From the NCBI GenBank assembly GCA_020184695.1, contig JAANOX010000026.1, positions 138,178 through 202,177 of the forward strand: DNA of 64,000 bases, in the 5' to 3' direction. The DNA is from Histomonas meleagridis 2922-C6/04-290x (Eukaryota; Protista; Parabasalia). This document shows positions 56,171 through 64,000 of the stretch, piece after piece. The notes under the pieces are model-generated. The model did no database searches, had not been told where the DNA came from, and was given only the letters and a program-made list of their open reading frames with translations. Both the position numbers and the translations under genes were made by a program. Position 1 is the stretch's first letter, and every line of letters starts with the position of its first letter.

Positions 56171-57403
56171 TTAATGCTCAAATTTTGAAAGAGTTTCGAT
56201 ATTAGAAAAAATTTTTGTTATCAAATTAAACATAGATACAACATCTTTCCAAACCATAGTTTCCCGAATGGAACCATTAGCTAGAACCGGAATGCCAATA
56301 TCAACAGTTCTAATGCCAGTTGAAAGAGCAAGAACTGGTCCAATGGTCGGAATTCCAGTTCTCATATTTTTGTGAGTGTTTGTTTGAATTTGGTTTTCTG
56401 ATAAATTGTAAATAAATCCGTTTCCAATGGGCTCAGAGGCAACAGGAGACCTAAACGATGTGTTAAGGGAGACGCCTTTGCCAAGTTTTGCACATGCTTC
56501 ATCAGTGATAGTTTTATTCAATGGGTGACGACCATCTATTGATTGACAAGAAACAATAATCGATTTTGAGTTAACTTCTGATATGTTTTTGCCCTTGAAA
56601 ATAGAGTGAATGACTTCATTGAGGAAAACTGTCGAATTTCTGGATAAATTATTATTTTGTTGATTATCAAAAGCGCCTATAATTTGTACTGAATCTGTGT
56701 CATCACTAGACTCAAGAAAAGATAATAAAGAACAATAGAAATTGGCTTGTGAGAAAAGACGTGGCGATGATAATAAATCGTCATTATATGATGGTGGTGA
56801 AGAATCAGTAAATTCAACATCCATATCCAAAATATCGCTTTCTTTACATCCAATAAGTTCTGAAACATAAGAAGAAAATCCTTTTTTTCCAATAATTGCA
56901 TTAAATGACTTTTCATTGTTATAATTTGTCTTAAGTGAGTTGCTTGGCTTTAAATCAAGACCAACATTTGGAATGATGGCAACTCCTCTTTTGGAATTGA
57001 ATAGTTTTGTCTGAATTTCACCATTATCTGCTTTATAAAGAACTTTACCACCAGCAGATAGATCTCTGTCTATATATGTTTCCCATTTTCCTTTGCCATT
57101 AAATGCCATTCGTAGCATTTTGAAATCTCCGACTTGAAATTCATAATTTGGTTTTAACTTTAGACATGGCCCATCACCACCAAGCCCTACAGCACAAATT
57201 CTATTATACCCTCCAATTTTGTATGCGACAAATGATCGTTGATCGCGTAAAATAAATCCTTTTTTAGGCATTTGATCTGGTAAAGAAATATTGTCGTTTA
57301 ACTTGGTGAACCCATTTTCAATAAATTTTGTTTCAGCAAATTCGCATTGATGATATTTTGTTGGATAATTTTGTATGAAGTTGATAAAGCTTTCAGTATC
57401 CAT
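56171..57403 (-). CDS. M18 aspartyl-aminopeptidase homologue lacking metal ligands
   Basis: DGPCLKLKP, YIDRDLSAGG, SPRL, PTIGP, VDIGIPVLA..SIRE align with the M18 family. Confidence 0.85.
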   Translation of the reverse strand: MDTESFINFIQNYPTKYHQCEFAETKFIENGFTKLNDNISLPDQMPKKGFILRDQRSFVAYKIGGYNRICAVGLGGDGPCLKLKPNYEFQVGDFKMLRMAFNGKGKWETYIDRDLSAGGKVLYKADNGEIQTKLFNSKRGVAIIPNVGLDLKPSNSLKTNYNNEKSFNAIIGKKGFSSYVSELIGCKESDILDMDVEFTDSSPPSYNDDLLSSPRLFSQANFYCSLLSFLESSDDTDSVQIIGAFDNQQNNNLSRNSTVFLNEVIHSIFKGKNISEVNSKSIIVSCQSIDGRHPLNKTITDEACAKLGKGVSLNTSFRSPVASEPIGNGFIYNLSENQIQTNTHKNMRTGIPTIGPVLALSTGIRTVDIGIPVLANGSIRETMVWKDVVSMFNLITKIFSNIETLSKFEH

Positions 57404-57910
57404 ATGCCTGTCACTTTTGTATTAATACATTAAATTTAATTTTGCAAAATTTAATTTCTGATCTAATTGGATTTGAATAGAAATACATCTTGTTTTAACC
57501 ACTCCAAGTCTTACACTAAACCATTTGAAATGTGAAAAAAAAATTTATTGTTAATTTCATATTATTTCTTTTAATTTACTTATAACTTACACATAACCTG
57601 CTGTAATTCATGCCGTTATTCCCAATAATTCAAAAACTTTACTCATTTGATAAATGTTCTTCTAAATTTTGATTCGGATTTGAAGAATGTGCTATCGTGT
57701 GAATTAATTCATACCACTTTATTCAGTAATGATAATACTCAACTATTTATTATTGTTACATTACATCATTTTATTGAATGAATAATAATCAATTTTTTAG
57801 AAAGGGAAATTACAAATATTGATTATTTTTCTTCATGCTTCAATAATTGTTACTGTTAAACAAAGAAGCACAACAATTTCATTAAAATAAACAATTGATT
57901 AAGTGATTTT

Positions 57911-58336
57911 TTACTTCACGGATGCGATGCACCTTGCAAGAATCTCAGATTCTTTGATTTCAGAGTAATCGTTTGCTTGAATTCCGAGGCCAACGCCCGG
58001 GAGTGCGTTCTTGAAAGTTACTCTTGTTGAAGCCGAAATCATTTTCCTTCTTGCAGGTGCAGTATTTGGTACCCATGATATGAAGATAAGACGATTTCTA
58101 AGGTTTCCTTCTTCATCATGAAAATCATAATCATAAACAGCGAAACAAATATCGCGTTGCGGAAGGTCATTAATGAGATCTTCATAAGATTTTTCCCTTT
58201 TTGGCGCAGTTTTGTCAACAACAATGAATCTTTCATCATCACTAATTGTGAAAAGGACATAACTATATTTGTGACCTATCTTGAAGTCATTAAATACTTG
58301 CATGCAGTCATCATGAATCTTAATTCCAGTGAACAT
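57911..58336 (-). CDS. Cofilin/actin-depolymerising factor
   Basis: TGIKIHDDC, FAVYDYDF, FISWVPNTAPARRKMISAST, IQAND. Confidence 0.92.
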   Translation of the reverse strand: MFTGIKIHDDCMQVFNDFKIGHKYSYVLFTISDDERFIVVDKTAPKREKSYEDLINDLPQRDICFAVYDYDFHDEEGNLRNRLIFISWVPNTAPARRKMISASTRVTFKNALPGVGLGIQANDYSEIKESEILARCIASVK

Positions 58337-58838
58337 CAGACAAAAAAATGAAGTTAAGCGGACATCAAAAAAGATGTAACGGTTCTCGTTCAAATATTTG
58401 AATACATTTCATAAGAAATAATCTGTTCAATGAAAGAATTGAGAGAAGATTTTGTAAAACGACAATTTTGAGAAGGGAAACTTTTGGCCAAAGACCTTGG
58501 TCATTAGAAGAAGTGAAAGGCTTAAAAAATGCCCATTTGCAATAATTCTATTTGATATATCAGAAGATTTCATATTTAGAAAAATTTTAATAATCAAATT
58601 AAATAAAACATTTCTTTTAAAAAGCACAACATTTTAATGAAATTTTGATCTTGGGTATCTTGAAATTAATATTAAATCATTTAGATTAATGTCCATTAAG
58701 AGAGAATTTAAAATGAATTTTTTTTTTCAATTTAACGTATTTTCTATTTGGTTAATTGAGTGTTATGTTAAATTTTTCACAATCGAGATAACGGTTATTA
58801 GTATACCCCATTTAACGGTTTGGCCAGCCTTTTTTGCG

Positions 58839-59210
58839 ATGGGTCATCTCAAAGCACACGAATTAATCCAAAAATCACGTGCAGATCTTCTTGAAGAACT
58901 TGCCACACTTGAGAAGAAGCTTTTTGAACTTCGTGGCCAAATTGCTACATCTTCCTCACGTCAAAAGCTTTCAGAAATTCTCACAGTTCGTCGTGATGTT
59001 GCACGCGTTAAGACAGTTCTTATGGAACAACAACGTAAGGCCCTTCTTGAAAAGTATAATGGCAAGAAGTTAATTCCAAAAGATATCCGCAAGAAGCAAG
59101 TTAAATCACAACGCAAAGTTCTTCCAGCCAAATATGCCAACAAACTCACCAAGAAGGCTTCACGTCGTGCCAAATATCTTAAACCAGTTAAGTATGCACT
59201 CAAAGCATAA
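58839..59210 (+). CDS. RPL35: 60S ribosomal protein L35 (uL29)
   Basis: LKAHEL...VRRDVARVKTV...PKDIRKK...YALKA; the true ATG is at 58839. Confidence 0.95.
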   Translation: MGHLKAHELIQKSRADLLEELATLEKKLFELRGQIATSSSRQKLSEILTVRRDVARVKTVLMEQQRKALLEKYNGKKLIPKDIRKKQVKSQRKVLPAKYANKLTKKASRRAKYLKPVKYALKA

Positions 59211-59278
59211 GTAAAATGAAGAAAATTTTTAATTATTATTTCTTTTATACATTTCTAATATATTTATTTAAATATTAT

Positions 59279-60056
59279 TTAACATTTTCTTTTTTCTTTA
59301 AGTTCAGTTAATTGAAGCAAAGCGATGATGCACGCGACAGAACAAATGATTGCGCCAATCATCGCAAAATTCGCATTTCCGACTTTGATTGTCCACCACG
59401 AATAAAGCGAAGACTGACAAAAGACAAAACCAAACGCAAACAATGCAAATGACGTTCCAATTTTCCGATTTTTTGTTAAATATGGTCGAAACATTTCAAA
59501 AAGAAGTGAAATCGTTGTCCAATCGCTGCATGGATCATAAATGAAATATATTAACATGTACATACTTGGATATGAAATGTCGAAAGAATAAATACCCCAA
59601 GAAGTTGATGTAAATTACAATATTTCGCATAATTGTACTGAATTCAACAAGAGAATGTGAATCAAAAAGCCAAAGAAGATTAACACCTGGTTGTGGTGTT
59701 ATAAATAAATGTCGAAGAAATGATATTATGATAGTTCCATAACATGAATAAGATGAAGAAAGAATTAATGAAAGCAAAGAAACAAAAAAGATGTCGTTCC
59801 CTTTATTTGCAACGTGAAGAATAAATAATGGATTTAAAACCATTTTTGAATAGTTTGAAAGTGTGCATAGAAAAACAGAGAAAATTCGAAGAATATCAAC
59901 ATATAAGTTATCTTTTTCATAAAGAAAGTCAGAAGAAATTCCAACAGAATATTTATAGTCTAAAACATTGAAATTCCTGATAATCATTGCAATAGTACAT
60001 GAAATAATTGTAAGAATGAATCCTTCCAAAACTTTTCCAATTTTCATTCTTTTCAT
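59279..60056 (-). CDS. PIGU: GPI transamidase subunit PIG-U-like, split by a frame break near 59560
   Basis: Multi-TM. 'PQPGVNLLWLFDSHSLVEF' resembles PIG-U P-N-x-G-L-x-W-Y-x-F-x-E; C-terminal GNANF motif. Confidence 0.6.
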
Positions 60057-60318
60057 GTGGCGGCCGTTTATTTTATTTTATTTTTTTCTTCTTTGTTCGG
60101 TGATGATACAACAAAGTCAAATAAATGTTTTAAACTATAAACTGTAAAAATGTTAATTTAGGCAAGTTGAAACATATGACAATCGAGTAGATATTTTATT
60201 ACTATTCTATTTCTTTTATTATTTAACAAACATAAAAACAAATGATATTCTAATTATGATATCATTATTTTAAAAAAATATTAATAACTATTCATTTTTA
60301 GTAACAAAAAATTTAATA

Positions 60319-60675
60319 TTACAAATTGACCATATTCACAAATATAAATTTAAATATTAATAAAAATATTCGCAATAAAGAATATTTACATGCGGATTTT
60401 TTGGCTTTACTTCCATGTGAAGCACCTTTCTTGTTATTTGGACAACAACTCAATAAACAAAAATTCACAATCCAAAGCACAAGAGAAGAAAATGCAATGA
60501 TATATATAACAAAGAATGCAATTGTTTTTGTATGATATTTTTTGTAGACTTCTTCATTAAATCTCAAATCTTGTGTTTGATTAATTGTCTGATTTATTTC
60601 TTGGCATTTCGCTGGTGTTGAGTAAGCATAACAACAAACATCAGAAGAAAAATTTAATAGTGCTGTTAGCAGCAA
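60319..60675 (-). pseudogene. Fragment of a membrane-protein gene (upstream part has stops)
   Basis: Hydrophobic ORF; the upstream frame reads as protein-like but contains stops. Confidence 0.35.
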
Positions 60676-61378
60676 AATGATTAAAACAAGATAAACAGAT
60701 AACTATCAGCAAACTTTGCTTTAGAACTCATTAAAATTAATAACACACCAAAAAATAAAAACAACAGGCGTAATCCATGAAATGGTTTTCATAATATAGA
60801 GAATATACAAGCTGTGATTAAAATTTTCTGAGTGTGTTGAATGATCATATCTAAGTTTGCTCCATTCCAGATAAAACAGCAAATCCAATGCAACTAACAA
60901 TTGAACATATAATTTATGAATAAAGAAATATCACGCCTATGAGAAATGAAATTCCTGAAAGAAATCTTAGGGAGGTTGAATGCATCCAAGAATGTGATTT
61001 GTTTTTAAAATTTTGTTAGAAGTTAAATTGTAAACGTCAAAAGATACAATTTTTTGAAGAGTTTACATGAAACATTTAAACGGTCAGAAATCATACGTTA
61101 AAAATATCTCTTAACGTTGGATAAAAATATCGAATTGCGCGATTGGCTTTGGTTGTATCTTTTTATATTAAAATTTGTTTGTTTAAATTTGCTCAACTTG
61201 TGATTGCTAATGGTGTATTTATTTTAATATTTGATAATGAATTTTATGATAGATTGTTAATTAGAAATGTTAAATAGAAAATTAACAAAAATATACAAAT
61301 GTTTTTAAACTATAAAATGAAAAAAAATGTTATTTAAACAAAGAAATAAAAAATAGAAAAATGGATCTTGAAATATGT

Positions 61379-61932
61379 TTAGCAACTGCTATTCGAGGTT
61401 TCTGGTTGGTTTCGCCTGATATTAACTGTAGGCGCACCACCAGATGGTGTAGCTGTTCCTGTATTAATTTCTTAATTTGCAACTTTTCAAAGTAAATCAG
61501 AACCTGTACGCATCACTTCTTCAATGCAAATATTATCTGCTGCTGATGTTTCCAACATATGAAAGTTCGTAATTGCGTAACTAATATAACACTACAATGT
61601 GGATCCGCTTCAAGCCGTGCATCTCGAAGCCAACGTGGCAATTGATCGAAACTTTTACGATCAGTAATGTCGAAAACTAAAACAACGCCTAAAGCACTTC
61701 GAAAATATGCTTTAGCAATCGTATAGAAACGCTCTTGACCGGCTGTATCCCAAATCATCATTTTAACAGTGCGACCTTCAATCGTTGTAATATGTGTGAA
61801 ATATTCAATCCCAACTGTACTTTGTGTTCCTTTAACAAATTTATTATCAACTAGACGTCGAACTATGGATGTTTTTCCTGCTCCACTGCAACCGATTACA
61901 ATGAACTTAAATTGGAGAGGCTGATCGCTCAT
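61379..61932 (-). pseudogene. Rab (Rab2/4/14-like) pseudogene
   Basis: GCSGAGKT, STVGIEY, WDTAGQERF are intact. The G4 (NKxD) region is deleted with a frameshift. ETSA continues in another frame with TGA and TAA stops before a terminal SSC*. Confidence 0.75.
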
Positions 61933-62329
61933 GATTTGACAAAATAATTGAGGACTTTCAACTGTGTAACCGCAATTTTTGATCGTCATATTGTATGGGT
62001 TAGAATTTTGTATACTTTACTTCCATTTAATTAACAAAAATTGCACTTTTTCTTATGTGAATTCTACAGATTTAAGTTTGCATTTGATTCTTGAAATCAA
62101 ATCAATGAAATTTTTATAAAATTATATTCTTTTTATATAAAAAGCAATTGNATTCTTACAACATTATCAAATCAATTATGTTATAATTTTGCATACTTAA
62201 GTTCGCATTTGATAAGTGGAATAACATCAATGAAATTATATTCTATATATAAAAGCAATTGTTTTCTTAAAACATTATAGTATATTTTAATTTTTACAGA
62301 TTTTTACAATATTTTAATATTTATTCAAA

Positions 62330-63572
62330 CAAATCATCACAAAAGGTAATTTAATTTTACTTATATTTCATGGAGATTCAGCTTTTTCATCTTTAAATAT
62401 CGATGTAGGCGCTTCGAGATCCATTTTCGCCTGCTTTAGCTCTATACATTGGTTCAATTTCTGCTCTTTTGAAGAATACGACAAATCACTTTGACAATTT
62501 GGGTAAAAATATCATATCAATAAATATGAATAAGAAAATTTCAGAATATAATAAATTACTTTCATGAATGGCTTTTGTCATCAAAACTTAACAACAAATG
62601 GAATGTTATCACACTGCGATTAAAAGATCTGTGTTGACATTAATATACTTTTTCCTAATTGTATCTTTTATCCCTTAGCTTGGTTATTGTAATCATTTTG
62701 CATTGCTTCACTTAAATCGATGTTCGTTAGAAAATATATACGCAAACTGGTTTATCAGTTGGAATGGATATCAAAATTCTCCATATTCTTCCCATGCTTA
62801 CTTTATGTGGAGGGTGCACGTCTTCTTTGTTTATTCATGTTAATCACTTGATATACTGGTGGCGATCTTCGAACTTCTGCTATTTTATCAGCTAGTTCAG
62901 ATAAAGAAGTATAAAATCCTTTCCCAATAAAATGATTTAACGTTATGAAATGCTTGAGGATTCCTGCATGATAAATATGCAAAGTGATTAATAAAAGAAC
63001 AAAAATAGAAAACTGGAAGAAACAATAATTAACGCAACATATAAGGTTTCATATTTGTTGTTATATAGGAACCATACAATGACAGTTGAAATAGCCATAA
63101 GACCCGAAGACTTGGGGGCCAACTGCAACTGATTAAAGATCATCATGCCAAATAAAACTGGATCATGACTTTTGAGTATATAGAATTTATGAACAGTTGA
63201 ATAAATTAATACAAGAAAAGACTAAGAATTAAAATATGATGACTTGCAGATGATAATAGATGTATCTGGATAAATAACATAAATTATAATCCTTACTGTA
63301 TTATAGCAGTAAGAAGCATTTTCATAGAGTGCTGTAAAATTTTCTGTGCTTACGCGAGATGATTGAATCGTAAGGTAACACAAGAGACCCGTTACAAAAA
63401 CCATCACCACAAAAGTAATATTATCGCCTTCTCTTGTAGATGAGTCCACTTCGTATCTCTTTTGATAAGCTATAGGGCTGAATACACAGCATTGTTGGGT
63501 TGTGTCAGTTGCCGTTTGAGCGTTTTCAATAATCATTATGAATGAATGATGAATATAGAGTAAACTATTCAA
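62330..63572 (-). pseudogene. Decayed multi-TM protein gene
   Basis: The protein-like reading continues past 63222 through several stops and frameshifts. Confidence 0.35.
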
Positions 63573-63669
63573 TTTTTACAGTTAAATTAACCCACTTAAA
63601 GTATCAGCTCGAACAAAAAGCGTCAAACGAAAGTTAAACACTCTGAGAAATTCAATAAGAGAAAATTTG

Positions 63670-64000
63670 GGTTCGTTCTGGAATTATCTGTCGCAACGTT
63701 TCTTCACTGCACATCAAATTACTTTACACAACGCCGTTTACTTCATCGACCCCAGGTGCGTTCTTATACTGTCGCAACGTTTCGCTGCACATCAAATCAC
63801 TTCCACACACAACGCCGTTTTGCTTCATCAGACTGAGTGCGTTCTGATGCTGTCGCAACGTTTCTTTCGCTGCACCTCCGTCGCTTCCACACGACGCCGT
63901 TTTACTTCATCGAGACTGAGTGCGTTCTGATACTGTCCCGCAACGTTTCTTTCGCTGCACATCAAATCACTTCCACACAACGCCGTTTTACTTCATCAGA
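63670..64000. repeat. ~81-84-bp tandem repeat (4 or more copies, truncated by the window edge)
   Basis: GCGTTCT recurs at 63758, 63839 and 63922 (degenerate copy near 63673). Approximate consensus: GCGTTCTGATACTGTCGCAACGTTTCTTTCGCTGCACATCAAATCACTTCCACACAACGCCGTTTTACTTCATCGAGACTGAGT. Confidence 0.9.

Noticed and set aside
28349-59210. TAA/TAG reassigned to Gln (alternative genetic code), which would explain the in-frame stops
   Set aside because: Conserved genes (RPL35, VPS26, cofilin, and Rabs ending in CC) terminate at TAA, and Gln is encoded by CAA/CAG throughout. Recoding also cannot fix the frame-breaking 83-nt spacers.
603-63930. Many short ORFs in the track (e.g. 603-869, 1816-2247, 7035-7688, 14003-14401, 58961-59203)
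   Set aside because: They are antisense or alternate-frame shadows of real genes, with no independent motifs.
63758-64000. Hammerhead ribozyme in the tandem repeat (CTGATGA and GAAA on the minus strand)
   Set aside because: The core is present in only 2 of 4 copies, and stems I and II do not close by manual pairing.
63670-64000. CRISPR-like array
   Set aside because: The units are wholly repeated with no unique spacers, and the context is eukaryotic with no cas genes.

Overview
AT-rich, gene-dense eukaryotic DNA that looks parabasalid (trichomonad, Tritrichomonas-like). The evidence is the hydrogenosomal maturase HydF, a BspA LRR gene, DUF3447-ankyrin paralogues, five Rab genes, and Merlin and IS481EU-like transposons. 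About 30 housekeeping or hypothetical genes are single uninterrupted ORFs, and there is one tRNA-Arg(CCT). The main anomaly is in the four DUF3447-ankyrin genes. Each C-terminal ankyrin repeat is split at the same codon position by an AT-rich spacer. By hand count, 16 of 21 spacers are exactly 83 nt between the K-equivalent codon and the T of the T-A/P-L motif. The spacers are frame-breaking and often carry stops, and there is no general GT-AG solution. The ankyrin blocks between them stay stop-free, and removing 68 nt from each spacer rebuilds clean 34-aa repeats. This points to an undescribed non-canonical intron or excision system, which is an inference that needs RNA data. Other notable items are large palindromes or structured DNA inside both transposons, two GPI-pathway genes, an M18 peptidase lacking its metal ligands, two Rabs with altered G2/G4 motifs, and an ~84-bp tandem repeat at the right edge. 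All counts and translations were done by eye.
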